Source: Hormiphora californensis
Lineage: Eukaryota > Animalia > Ctenophora
Assembly: GCA_020137815.1 (NCBI GenBank)
Contig: CM035356.1
Span: 3,224,001-3,288,000, forward strand
Length of the DNA: 64,000 bases
Direction: 5' to 3'
Made by a program: the position numbers and the translations under genes. The stretch's first letter is position 1; each line of letters starts with the position of its first letter. Below are positions 43,463-56,748 of this stretch, in pieces. Under the pieces are notes generated by a model, which saw only the letters and a list, made by a program, of their open reading frames with translations, was not told where the DNA came from and did not search any database.

Positions 43463-46400
43463 CTCTCTCTCTCTCCGCCTTTTTTTCTGACTTCGACATT
43501 GAGCTCTTCGTTTAGCTTTTCAAAATATATCTTCATCTACAATCCAAAGCAGCAGCAGGCAAAACTAAAGGTGTAAGTGCCATGGTCTAGCTTTCTGGCC
43601 AACTAAGTTCCATTACAGTGCTGCTTGTAGTGGCATTACCGTAATAATATTACAGTAATAAGACACAGACTTTGCATAACGTGTGGAAAAAAAGTTCATG
43701 TGTCAGCACGTACTAGCGCACTGATTGGCCACGGTTGTGCGTCGTCATACCGTATCTCCATTTTCCATTACCGTTTTCCCACTACAAGCGACCGGGTTAA
43801 TTTTTCTGGCTCAATAATATGCTCTTTTAGTGGCATGAGATGTTTATCTTTGGAGTTCTTACCGGGCTTATTGGATTGGCAAGTCTTTTGGAGACCTCCT
43901 TCGATAAAACATCGGTCTCTACAGATGAGTGTAAATTAGTGGAGGTTGGTGGATATCTCCACGAACAGTGTTTCCTAAACGAGACTACAACATACTACAA
44001 ATGTCCTCTATCAAATATTGTGTACAATGTGTCTCACGAGATTAGTTATAAGGAAACTAATTGTAGAGGTGTTGAATTCAGCACTCATTGTCCTTCTGAT
44101 CCAGGGTTCTACCAGGCATGCGGGCATGAAGGTTGCTCAGAGTATAGAGAACTAACGGGTGACAACTAAAAATTGTCCCTAATTTAAAACGGCTGTATAA
44201 ATTTTTCCTTTTGAGATACAGCTTCGGGCCAGTTATAGAACGATTTTTCAGACAATTTTGAATCGGAATAACATACTGCCAAAGTCTTAAAAGTTCATTT
44301 TCATTGCAATGACCATCAGGTTGTCGCATGTGCTCAACAAAGCATGTAGGAGGAGAATGCAAAATTCCTATTTTAACAGAACGACCATCCATGAAAGAAT
44401 GTCAAATTATGTTGTTGTTGCCAGAATAATCTACTGCAGTTCAAATTAGCTCATTGAAGTTGGTTTGCCAAGTCTAAGTGATTTAAGTTTCGAATGGCCG
44501 GTTAAGGTAATAAACTAGGCAATTGTTACAAATCCTGAAAAGAATTGGGGTAGGTATGTCAATTACGAGGCAGCGTTAAAAAGTTTAAAATTTTTACCGA
44601 AAAAAGGAAAATTGGTTTACAACCAGTGTTGGCTTTCCTTGATAAATTTTTAACAGGGTACGTATCTGGTTGATACCGATCAGAATGGATGTGTATCATG
44701 AAAGTTAGCCAAAGTTCATTTTTGACCTGAAAATGTTCATTTTGGACCAAAAATGTTCATTTTGGACTAAAAATGTTCATTTTGGTCTTTTTCTTCAATT
44801 TTGAGAGCTTTTTCATGAACGGGATCGTGTTCAGCAGGTCAAAATTAGTCGGTTACAACCGGAATTTGCATTCCGACAAATAAAATCTCAAAAAGTTAAA
44901 ATTCGTCTCCACTAATACTGCAAAGTAGGAAAATGTGCAAGAAAAAAAGATGAAAACAAGAATTATTGCATTATGTATTCATAATGCTGTGTTTCCCTGC
45001 CCTACCGTTTCACATGTCAGTGACATTGTCACTGCCAACAGGATCAAGGCTTGGTCATAATGTAATGTGAGATGCATATGATCTAGCTGTCAGTATACTT
45101 CTCACATAGCTTAGAGTTAGCTAACTCCCAATCACATGACACTTGCTAACCAGCTTTTGACATTCCAACTTAACTACTTATATAACATCTCACACTCGAC
45201 TCGCAAGATGAAAATGTGAATGTAACACGCGAAACGCGCGGCAGAGCATTTCATGTTTTGTTGAGTGGTGCGCGCACACACGTCCATCAAACTGTGTCAA
45301 TGAGGTGTTTGATGAAGGAGTAGCTCGTCACTGTGTGCGCGGCTCTAGTTGCTACACCGTTGCCCTCGCAACGAAAGTGTGACCAAAAAATGTCCCTCTA
45401 CCGATTAGATAGTATACCAAAATGTCGTTTTCGAATTCTAACCCTGCTATGCCTTTTTACAAAGTAAAAAGGCATCCGGGTGAATGCCTTCGGCATTCAC
45501 CCGGGCAGGGAAAAAATAAATTTTTCATTATAAAATAGAGTTCTGAAGGTACAGACTGGAAATAATGGTTGTACTGAGTCTCATGAGGCGATTCATATGT
45601 GTGGTTTTTTCGAAATAACGCCCCAAAAAACATTTTTTGATATGAATATGCCCATATATGGGCATACATCGGCCCACGTAATTGGGCCAGAGTAGGACTA
45701 AAATTTTTTTACCAAATGTTTTAAAATGATCGTAGGAACTCATTCTAGGGGTAAACTATGTGAAAATTGGATTTGATTTATGAGTTGGGAAAAATAGCAG
45801 ATTCTGCAATAGAAATGTGGAATGTACCAGTGCCGAAGATGAGATTGGATATTCTTATTTGACCGTTGATGATCATACCACCTGTAAGATGTACGGATCC
45901 GGGGAGATCGTAAAAATTCAAGATAATATGAGGTGTTTTGATCCGACACATTCCGACTGTTTGAGCAGACAAGATCAGACCAACTGCAGTGATCCTGAAA
46001 AGGTTGTTATGCAGTGTCCCTCCCAGGGCTTCCCAACAACCATATCGTTCTGGGGTTATTGTGTGGGTCGTAAACTTTGTGATGATGATTACAATAACGT
46101 TTGTGTTGATCCAGAAATAGGCTGTACCATTCACAAGGGGCAGTTGTGTGATGACCATCGTGACTGCAATAATGGAAGAGACGAAACTTGTAAAGATCTC
46201 ACAAATGTGACTTGCATCAGAAGATTTCACTCTCCAAACGTGGAGAAGAACATCTCCCTACCATTTCCATTGGAGTGGGTCATGGATGGGGAAGTGGACT
46301 GTCTGGATGGAATGGATGAAGATAAGGGTAATTGGAAGATATGCGGATCTGACTATTACACCAGGTATCAAGAGATAGGGACTGAATGCGATGAAGTTCT

Positions 46401-49322
46401 TCTCTGTCCTTTAGAGCGAAACTATATTGACTTAAACAGTCTTTGCGATAGAATAAACACGTGCTCGTTTGAGGAAAAACTGTGTATCGCAGCTCGGCAA
46501 ACTGACGCTGATGTTACAAGCCTCGTCGATACTTTCATCAAAGGTCCCAATGAACAGTTCATTCAGCACTGTTTTCCATTCGGAGCTTCTGACCTGGAGA
46601 GGAAGTTGGGAAAGTGCTACACAGTCGGACACACTGCTGGGCACGTCAAAACGGTTCTTGATGTTCAACAACCTGTGTTCGTAAAGATTCCTGAAACCAA
46701 GGTCGATTGCTCCCATCTTTTTGGTGAAAACTATGTCTATGCTGCTTGCAACGATGTTTGTTTGAATGCTGAATGTCCGCTAAGGGAAATTCCGGGAGAC
46801 ACATGTCTAAATAAAAAGGATTCTGTAGTAGCCCTGGCAGCGACTGAGTTTCCAAGTAAAACTACACTGATCAAAACGGCACAAGTCCCCGGATTCTACG
46901 ACAACGAAATATTCCCGTGTGATAATGATAATTGTGTCTCCTATCGGGATGTCTGCAATCTTAAGGACGACTGTGGTGATGGCTCCGACGAGAAGAACTG
47001 CTCTAATCACTTTGAGTGCAACAACAGTAACATATTGGAACTCATACCGCTATCTTATGTTTGTGATGGCGTGGTACATTGCCGTTATTTCTCAGACGAG
47101 TGCTTTGAAGGTTGCCGCTCTACAAGCCAAAATATCTTCGAGAGCGAATTTCTCCGATATGCAAGCCCATCTATGGGACTTTTATCAACATCCTTGAACA
47201 CTATTTCATTAATTAAATCGGTTTGGGAGTTACGACAACAAGAAACGTATGAAATGTTCCTCAATAAGCTGGCCATCACAATGATAAACCTTGGTGACTT
47301 GATGATTGGTGTATACCTGCTGCTCATCTCTTACTTTGACCATGCCTACAGAGCTGATGGCAACTATTGCCAAGAGAGATATCAATGGTTTAGCTCCAGC
47401 GAGTGTTCCTTCCTTGGAGTTCTGAGCACAACTGGATCACAACTATCACTCTTCGCAATGACAATGCTAAGCCTAACCAGAGTAGCAAACATCGGCAACC
47501 TCATCCAACGGGACTTATTCAGCTACAAGTCTGCTGCCAAGCTTGTGTTTCTCCTAGTTTGTCCTACTTTAGCAAGTTTCGTGATTGCAGTCACACCCAT
47601 CTTGTCATTGACTGAGGACTACTTTGTGAACGGCTTGTACTATCATGAATCACCGCTCTTCATCAGGCCCGTAACTAAGATTAACCACTATAAAGTTTTC
47701 AAGGAGTACTTTGGAGGGCGGTCAGTGTCGTGGGAGAAAGCATCGTTTTCCTGGGAAGTGATCCGTTCAACAGTCAAAGACATGTTTTCGTCAAATTATG
47801 GAGGTAATTACTGTTTTTAATTGTGTATCAATATATATGTTTACATGCTTGATTTTACAATAAATATAATGTTCTAAATCATTTTCAGGTATTCGAAGTT
47901 CGACTGTCCATTTTTATGGCAATGATGGTGTGTGCATTTTCAAGTATCTGGTTACCCGAGATGACCCCCAATGGGTGTTTTCAACAACCATCCTAATGAT
48001 TAATTTCTTGTGTTTCATCTTGATTTTGCTGAGCTATGTATACATCAACTTGAAAACGCAGCAATCCAGCCGGAATGTGGGAGCTGCTGCAGGTGGTCGA
48101 AGCAATAACAAAGCACTGCAAGCAAAAATATCAGCAATTATCCTAACAGACTTTTTTTGCTGGATTCCATTGAGCATTGTTGCATTTCTTCATCTCTCAG
48201 AAGCTGTAAATGCGTCAACTTGGTATCCCTTCTTTTCGATTCTTATCCTTCCCATCAACTCGGTTATCAATCCCTTGTTGTATGACTCCAATTTCTACTT
48301 TGGTCTTCTAAGTATTCCAACACAAGCTATACGTCGGAGTACACGAAGACTAATACTGTTCATACAGAATTCTATCGGCAATCATCAAATGCCTATGGAA
48401 ACAAATCCCCTTGCCCAAGAAACGGCGCTTTGAAAATGCGACCAGTGATTAAATGACGGACAATTGGGACAATGAAAAACCGTTTAGAGACTATCATTTA
48501 TTATCAAGAATATGTATGTGTTAGTTATACTGTGTTGGTATCAACTTAATTTGAGATCAACAATGACAATGAGCAAAGTATCTTGTGTGAATATTATGTT
48601 ACCCTCTGTAATTACTGAATTAAGCTGTTTTATCTGTATTTCTATTTTCTAGGCATGACTGCTTTGAGTCATTACCGTACGACGTACGACAAATATACAG
48701 AAATTTAAATGCAACCTACAGATCTCGTTGATAATGAAATTATAATTAACCCTTATCCGCGCTATAATAGCTCACGGAGCATATAGTCACGGGGTGACTT
48801 CGTAAGCAACAGATCTCAAGTCTTGGTAACCTAGATACACTTTGGTTACGAAGTTACTCCTCCCTTGCCAGCTCGTGAAGGTCACGGGGCGACCTTTAGA
48901 GGGGTTATTACTTATTTCATAGCCAAAGATAAACATACCTCCATGGTTGGTTACCATGGTGACCAACTCTTTCGTAACCTACCTCCATGGCGGCCTTCAG
49001 CTCGTAGGCAGCGTAGTAGTTGAAGTCTCGTGCCACGAGGAGGAGAGATGTGAAGCAGTCTTTGACATGGTGACCTGTCATCTCAGCTAACACCGTAACC
49101 AGTTCATCTGCTGTCTCCTATATGGTAAAATGGAAATTAGGGCCGGAGTCTCAACAGGGAATAGAAGGGATCAGTCTCAATTAATAGATCCTACAATTGT
49201 ATACACTATTATGCCAAAAACTAACAGAAATTAGTTGGCTGAAAAGGTGACCACTTTTGTTGACAAATTGACACCTTTGCCCTCTCCGGGTTTCATCATT
49301 ATCTTTCCCTCTCTAATTTCTA

Positions 49323-49398
<76 letters not shown>

Positions 49399-52300
49399 TC
49401 TCTTTCTCTTCCTCCCTATCTCTCTCTCTATCTCTCTTCTCAAACTCCCTGATTTACCCCCTGATTTTCCCAATTATAATAAATCGATGATATCCGTAAC
49501 CCGGGCCGGGCAAAGGTGTCAATTTGTCAACAAAAGTGGTCACCTTTTCAGCCAACTAATTTCTGTTAGTTTTTGGCATAATTGGGGTACATTTTTGGTA
49601 TTTTCTGATGTGAAATACAATGTAAGACATGTCTGGACGTAGCAGAACGTATAAAGACCGTCAGGAATCGCTAAAATACGAAAATTTTAATTTTGACGTC
49701 ATTGTGACGTCATAGCGTGACGTCACGACGTTATAACGTCATGATAGGGAAATATTATTATCAGGCTCATTTAGATAAAGAGGCTGACCAAGTTTGAGAT
49801 CGATTGGACAAGATTTGAGGTCGCTATGGCGAAAAACGCACTATCGTCATATCTATTTTCATACAGTCTTAACACTTCAGACGCGATTTGAGACCCTTAG
49901 AAATAGAGTTTTACAAATTCGCGATATAGTTTCTGAAAGTTTAGACGATTATCTTTCATAAGTGTGGTCCTCTTTTTCAATCAGAAATTGTCTTCAGGGT
50001 GTAAATTGAGCTCAAAGAAATTTGGTTGGTTTGAAAAATGTCTTATCTTTATGACAGTTTGTCAAGACGTTCTGATTGGACCTAGAACATGAAAACTATT
50101 CGTCTACACAATTTAAACGATTATCTTTCGAATGCAACAAACGAGAAGTGTCTATCTTATGTCGTTTTCTCTCAAAAACGATTATAAATTTGGTAAAATA
50201 GCGTCTATCCATAGATAGATACATAGATAGATACATAGATAGACCCGGGACACTTATTGCTTTTTTCACGATGCCATATCTCTGAAACTAAAAGAGATAG
50301 AGACTTGCCCTTTTAAACTACAGTAGATCTAGACTATGTGACACTGTATACCAAATTTCAGACTGATTGGTGCAGTGGGGGCCTCGCTATGGGCGTCGAA
50401 AAATGCCATTTTTTGGCTAAACACTGAAAAAAGTTATTACTGCATTCTGGCACACGCGGCTGGGGGGAGGGGATGGTCACCTTTGCGCTTGCCAGCGCAG
50501 TGACGCATAAAGGAGCTAGGCTATAGTTTGGGCTGGGAGCTTAAAGAGAATGCTTCGACTGGATAAGTGAAACGAGATGGATAATAAAAAGTTGTGTATT
50601 TCTGTACCATGAAATAGGTTCTTTGCAGAGCGTCGATCCTCTTGAGAGAGATACTGGTTAGGAAAGTTGCTATTCCATCAACATTCTGCCCCTCCATGAG
50701 ACCCTTCATCTCGGTCAGATCAGCAGCCTGCTGGGAGTCTGGCACTGTGGTCTCATTCATCACACCACGATCCAGAACACCCAATAGGAAGGTCTTTAGT
50801 GTTCCGTCTGTCTCGCTCACTATCCTATCTCGGAGCTTCTCGCTGTAGACTAATAGGGGAAATAGTTATAGTTAAAGTAGTGGAATTTATCGGATATTTA
50901 AAGTTATCATTCTTATCCATATAATTCCATCCTCAATTATCTCAGCCTGGTTATCTGATATTGCCCCAGCCTATACTACATATTTATCTGATATTCCACC
51001 GGGCTCCGTAATATGGAGTCAATATTATCCCCTGATATTTAGCAAAAAGCTATAACAAAACTATATAACCCCAATATCCCCCGATAATCCGATATATGTA
51101 GTAGTTATCTTATAGGTACAGTCGGACCCCGATTTAACGGCCCCCGATTTAGCGGCACCCCGATTTAACGGCAGGATAAATTTCCCCCAACAATTTTTTC
51201 AAAATTTTTTCGAAAATTTTTTGAAAATTTTTTGAAAATTTTCCAAAGGTGTTTAAACCACGTCCGAATCGTGTTTCGAATCGGTGCATCTTATTGCAGG
51301 TCTTACCCGTAATTAGACGGTTCGAAACGAACAGATATGTGATCCCCATGAGGCCAATCGAGTCGCAATTTTGACGCTTGTTAAACTGGCCCCATGGGGA
51401 TCACGTATCGGTTCGTTTCGAACCGTCTAATTAGCGACAGGACGTGCGATAAGATGCACTGATTCGAAACACGATTCGGACGTGGTTGATATATCTTTGA
51501 AAAAATTTCATAACTTTTTTTTGGAAAATATTACAGAATGATTGTCAATGCTTTGATCGGTGCTCCCCATGAATTTTCAGAGAAAAAGATATTTTGAAAT
51601 TCGAATTCTTCCTCACTCCGCTTAAAGTGCCCCGATTCGGCATGGTATCACGTATCGGTTCGTTTCGAACCGTCTAATTAGCAGCAAGACATGCGATAAG
51701 ATGCACTGATTCGATATACGATTCGGACGTAGTTGATATACCAGTACCTTAGAAAATTTTTATAACTTTTTTTAAAATTTTCAAAATTATTTTATTTTTC
51801 TATCCAGAAATGATCATGTAATCAATACATGGACATAGCATTTACTTAGAGGTGTTTTAGTATAGTATTTTGGACAAAAATAGGGTTTTATGGGCCAAAT
51901 ATGCTCTACCCCGATTTAACGGACACCCCGATTTAACGGACAAAACCCTTCCCCCGAGGGTGCCGTTAAATCGGGGTCCGACTGTAGTTATCTAATATGA
52001 GTTCCCCATACCTCAACTACCTCAAATATATAATTATCACCGCGTTAAATATTTGAGCTAAACTGTAACTTACGAGAGTAGTAATAAGATTTGACTCCTC
52101 TCACGGTGGTGGGGTCCCGGACAGTGAGCATGAGACAGTTGATTAGTGTATCCTCGTTTGTACCCCATCCTTGCTGGAGATGGGAAGGACGTGGAGGTTA
52201 GCGAATAAATCATATCCCTCCTCAATAAATCATACGCACAGAAAAGACATGTCTTTATAACTATAAATAATCTAGAAAACTTATTAATATATTACTCTGT

Positions 52301-53152
52301 GCGGACCATCATGCATCTATGATTTGTATATAGAATCACACACATACTATTCGAGAGAGATACATTTATCTGATAGGATCTGATAAGATCACCATGGTTA
52401 CACACTGATACACTAGCTCACATTCGCACTGTCGTAACCCTGTACCATGGCAGATCTCATCTCCTCAGCAAGGAACTGGGCCTCCGTCATGACAAGTCCC
52501 TTGAGGGCATTCCTGAAATCTCCACTCGTATCAGACTTGATGTCCCCCCACAGTGTCCTGTCAAACTCTCTCTCGTACACATTGGACAGCATCTGATATA
52601 TGGGATTTGTAAATTTGAATGAGGGGTATTAGTGCCTTCCTGCAAACCCATATGATGAAATCATACCGGACATGATCATGCAGATCACTGAGCCTGTACA
52701 TTGTACATGTACATTGTACATGTACAGTGTACACTGTACATGTACAGTGTACATCGAGTAACCTACCAATCGTGTGTTGTACCGCCGGTTGGCGAGAACA
52801 TTGATAATCGCCTTCTCATCTGTTCCCCATCCCTTCACCGCCTTTCTGATTGTGGCCGCATCAGCTGTCAGATCTACCGAATCGGGCTCAATAATCGTCT
52901 CACCCCTGTGAAGGAAATAGGGTGAATAACAAGACGTTAATAGTAGATCCATATAATTTTAGGCCCTAAAATTAGGGTGTGGTACTGGTATGGTACTGTA
53001 CAAATTTTAGATACACTGTATTTTAGAAGCACCTTGAATACACCTCTTATCTACTACTAATAAAAGTGTAAAACAACAAACTTATGTGTAACATACGGGA
53101 GAGTTGCTGCAGATAAGATCTGGAAGGTTACCAAGACCAGGACAAGTAACAT
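41162..53152 (-). CDS. Annexin with N-terminal signal peptide; exons 53152-53097, 52905-52767, 52592-52446, 52173-52074, 50849-50608, 49117-48983, 42342-42220, 41212-41162
   Basis: Four annexin repeats: AVKGWGTDEKAIINVL..DTSGDF, AMQGWGTNEDTLI, a degenerate repeat 3, AMEGRGTDEGTLTRIIVTR..DDTSGDYRRVLLALIN*. Exon 1 MLLVLVLVTFQILSAATLP joins in phase 2. Confidence 0.9.
41299..42103. mobile_element. MITE with imperfect ~33-bp TIRs and internal gccgaattacgcc repeats, containing a nested hairpin element
   Basis: ttccatgggcagaattcggcaaaa at 41311 vs ttttgcggagttctgcccatggaa at ~42068. Confidence 0.65.
41581..41986. mobile_element. Terminal-hairpin dispersed repeat family (Helentron-like), copy A
   Basis: tttccctgcc...ggcagggaaa ends; terminal hairpin ccgggtgaatgccgaaggcattcacccgg; reverse-complement match to 45300-45517. 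Confidence 0.7.
42609..42842. mobile_element. PIF/Harbinger (Tourist-like) palindromic MITE
   Basis: TAA|GGGCGCGATCACACC...GGTGTGATCGCGCCC|TAA with ~88-bp arms. Confidence 0.9.
43840..48433 (+). CDS. LDL-receptor class A repeat-containing GPCR (GRL101-like, no LRR seen), nested in annexin intron; exons 43840-44158, 45749-47803, 47889-48433; in-frame TGA at 45781
   Basis: Signal peptide, multiple LDLa motifs (CDDHRDCNNGRDE, DGEVDCLDGMDE, CNLKDDCGDGSDE) and 7TM with GDLMIGVYL, FYGNDGVC, TDFFCWIP, PINSVINPLLY. Confidence 0.88.
44992..45517. mobile_element. Terminal-hairpin dispersed repeat family, copy B
   Basis: tttccctgcc at 44992, hairpin plus ggcagggaaaaaa at 45476-45517; body near-identical to 55880-56135 and 56620-56748. 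Confidence 0.75.
49208..50504 (+). mobile_element. Helentron/DINE-1-like non-autonomous element (copy 2)
   Basis: Perfect 75-bp inverted arms (49208-49282, 49508-49582) around (CT)n, a (TAGA)n tract, and the same 3' end cacctttgcgcttgccagcgcagtgac as copy 1. Confidence 0.7.
51119..51984. mobile_element. Tc1/mariner (pogo/Tigger-like) MITE
   Basis: TA|CAGTCGGACCCCGATTTAACGGC...GCCGTTAAATCGGGGTCCGACTG|TA; subterminal ccccgatttaacgg repeats. Confidence 0.92.
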
Positions 53153-54261
53153 ATTTCAGTGTGATGTGGCTAGAAAGGGCGTGTGTTAGACAAACAATGG
53201 CAGCAAAGCAGTACCAGCTAAACAGTCGATGCAGCTACAACCGCACCAGACATAGTTAGATATAATACTGAGCTGAGATGCAGACAGCAGCTGTCAGAGC
53301 ATTTGACTGACAAGGCAGCAGGGGTAACGTCATGAAACTGTCATGACAGACTAGTCCAACTCCAGGGTCGCGAGATTAAAATCTGGAGATGGAAGGCCAT
53401 GATCACGAGACAAACAATATAGCTACAACAGAGAGCAGCTAGACAATGTAAATTGTTACACCATCTCTCTCCCTCCGATCTATGTTGTGTAAAGAATGAC
53501 TCAAGAGCTCTCTCTCCCTCCGATCTATACTTTGCTATATCTACAACAAAAGTTGCCCAAAAGTAACGATATACTCATAGATCGAAGAACGGCCGGAAAC
53601 AGTGTAGCGAACACAAGTTGAGATGTGTGCATTGAGATGACACACGTCAATGGCGATCATTCTAATTGAAACAGGTTACTGCATCACACTTCAATTAGGA
53701 TCACTAATAATGGGACACAGGTCACTGACACTATAATAATGGGACAGAGATGCAGGGATCAGGCACATGAATCCACATCTACAGTGTGCTTGGCAATAGT
53801 ACAACAACAAACAACACCAAACAACACCAATATATTTAATTTGTGAGGCAGCGTATAGCTCAAACAGCACGGATATTTTGTGAGGCAGCTCGCATTGCTC
53901 GAACAGAGAGCTAAATAGGTCGCTATGAAAGCATGGGATCATCTGATTACTGTTCATTGAACATCCTAGTAGATCTCTATATATGGCAGGGGAAGTAAGT
54001 GACGTATGGAAAACATACTATTATTAATATGATATCGTTACGTCACTGTGCCCATACGGACACAGGATTCTCGTGAAATTATGTGTGTGAATTATTTGAA
54101 GCATGAACATGAGAACGAGAGAAGAAAAGGATATTGTTTTCATGTGTTTCAGATACACTATACAGTTGACTTGGTGTGTCATGAGAAATTATATCTTACT
54201 ATTTCTAAGTTAAAATGAGTGTTTCGTAGGCCCTATAGATTACCGCCCCATCACCCTTGTA

Positions 54262-55133
54262 TCAAGACCCTTCTTTGCCACTGAGCTGGGTGAGCAAGAA
54301 AGGGTCGGTTGAGGTGCATGGTCCTTTTAATACGAGTTGTCACGCTCTCACGGTGAGTGGTGACAACTATACAACTAATTAAGTAATTATGATTTTACCT
54401 TGATCAATCCACTCTCCGCCGTACCACACACAAGGAAAGGTATTGGGGAAATAAAAGGCGCTGGTAGCGGTGTTGATATTCGGTTTGTAGGTGGTTATCG
54501 TCTTTACCCACTTCCAATTCACTGAAAATATCAGAGCACCCGACTTTCCGTCTATCTTCATCTTAATTGTGTTCATTCCGTTTTTGAGGACTCCTGAAAT
54601 CAGGATATTTAGTATTTTTGTCACGTTTAAATGGCGATAAGGTTGGTTTAAAATAAAAAAATCATAAAGTTTTACCTTTTTCTAGAGAAGGTTTGCCATG
54701 CGATTTCCACCCGTTATTAATAACTGATGAAAACTTGATGTAATTAGAACTTAGCTCTATTCTAATCGGCCGGTATTTGCTACTCCCCTTAACGAGATAG
54801 AAATTCGTCGTCTTGGTAACTGAATAACTCCAACTCTCCTTCAGGTAGAGCTTAAAAATCACGGTGTCCCCTTTGTCAGGCTTTACCGGTCCAATCTTTT
54901 CATTATTACGAATGGTCCGACGGATTCCTGCCACTGAAAGGATGCTTTGAGAGGCTTTCTAACAGAGAAAAAGTTCAAAAATAAAAAATAAAAAAAAGTT
55001 CAAAAAATAAAAAAAGTTCAAAAAATGAAAAAATGGTTCAAAAATAAAAAATGAGCACTGAGCCTGCAATCTATTAAATATTGTTACCTGACGCTGTCAT
55101 GATGGTAAATAACAAGATACTAGACCACCCCAT
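54262..55133 (-). CDS. Secreted basic beta-rich protein, possibly galectin-like fold; exons 55133-55088, 54933-54676, 54593-54399, 54323-54262
   Basis: MGWSSILLFTIMTASVAG signal-like N-terminus; three phase-1 GT-AG introns; alternating beta pattern and FSSVINNGWKSH resembling the galectin NS..NG.W.xE segment. Confidence 0.6.
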
Positions 55134-55847
55134 TCTGTTTCCAGCTATTATCCGGGATTCGGGAAGGGGGCCGAGGCTGTTGTAGAATTTACATATCAAT
55201 AAACTATTCTATTGGTAAATGGAGGGATCATCGTCAATTATAGTTTTTGCAAAATATCAACAAACTAACAGAAAACTAGTTTCATATAATTCCTCACAAA
55301 TCAGGCTAAAGGCTAGAGGATAAGGGGATAAGGGGATAATGCGTTATGCGGCTTGGTTACATAGATAGCTATGTGTTGCAAAGACACGGAGAATTTTATT
55401 TATCTCTCCTGACTCCTTGACATTGAATAACATTATAAATCTTGTGACGTCTGTCTTAAACGCATGTGTCTTTGTATGTTTGTTTGTCAGTTTGTCCGAT
55501 CAATATTAGTACTTAGTAGGGACGATAACGTGTTAGTGAGGGTTGTTATGTTCTAACGTGCAAAACACAGTCTAGCTAGGCAAAGTGAGGGTGGGGGATT
55601 TCAAATTTACCTGTTTGCTGGCAATTTTCGAAATTACGAATGTGATCACCTACGGATTCCGTAAAGCTCTAAAGAACCAACAATATAGGAAAGGCGCGGG
55701 AAAAACCAGTTAGCTCAATTCTTCGTTTGTCATGTCACCAGGATGTAGTCAAACCGAATATAGGTAAACACAGAAAATCATTTGAGAGACTCATCCCTCT
55801 TTAGTGATATGATAGTAACATAACAAGATTTTCAGTGTTATAATCAG

Positions 55848-56748
55848 TTTCCCGCAGTTCGCATGTCAGGCATTAGTAATCCAATCACATGACACTTGCT
55901 AACCAGCTTTGACATTCCAACTTAACTACTTATCTAACATCTCACACTCGACTCGCAAGATAAAAATGTGTATGTAACACGCGAAACGCACGGCAGAGCA
56001 TTTCATGTTTTGTTGAGTGGCGCGCGCACACACGTCCATCAAACTGTGTCAATGAGGTGTTTGATGAAGGAGTAGCTCGTCACTGTGCGCGCGGCTCTAG
56101 TTGCTACACCGTTGCCCCTCGCGACAAAAGTGTGACAAACAAGAATAATTGCGGTATAATGCCATACCGCCTGATTTCCCCGCCAACCATGTGATCTGCA
56201 TGTGCCAGTTGCCACACCTGCTTCTAATTGGGCACTGATACGTGAGCCGGTATAGCTGATGGGTTGTCTGAGCTATGTGATATCCTAGTAATAATAATAG
56301 TCGCAGTTCCGATCACAAATGCAGAACAATGTTCATTGCACAATGACGTAGGGCGCGATGACAAATCTATGAACAATTGTAATTGCAAGTGCAACATAAA
56401 GGCGCCGCGCACATGCGCGCAAACATCCTGTTGTGTTCAGTCAATGAGTGACAGCATTCCGCACTGGATAGTTGCCAACAGCAACTCAGGAGGTTACGTT
56501 ACAGGACAAAAAAGCGTGACACTTCACTAGTATGTAAACTTGTCGAATTCTAAACCCCTATGCCTTTTTGCAAAAGGCATCCGGGTGAATGCCTTCGGCA
56601 TTCACCCGGGCGGGGAAAAAATGTCCCTCTACCAATTTAGTTAGTATACCAAAATGTCGTTTTCGAATTCTAACCCTGCTATGCCTTTTTACAAAGTAAA
56701 AAGGCATCCGGGTGAATGCCTTCGGCATTCACCCGGGCAGGGAAAAAA
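55848..56748. mobile_element. Terminal-hairpin repeat family, copy C with a related copy nested inside
   Basis: Sequence continuous in copy B (gtgtgac..aatgtccctctacc) is split by ~56136-56620, which ends in the same hairpin plus ggcggggaaaaa. Confidence 0.7.

Noticed and set aside
45781-45783. Selenocysteine codon
   Set aside because: No SECIS identified by eye and no redox motif; a nonsense allele or base error is more parsimonious.
53050-53970. Helitron starting TCTACTACTAATAAAA
   Set aside because: No convincing 3' hairpin, and the interval contains the annexin first exon.
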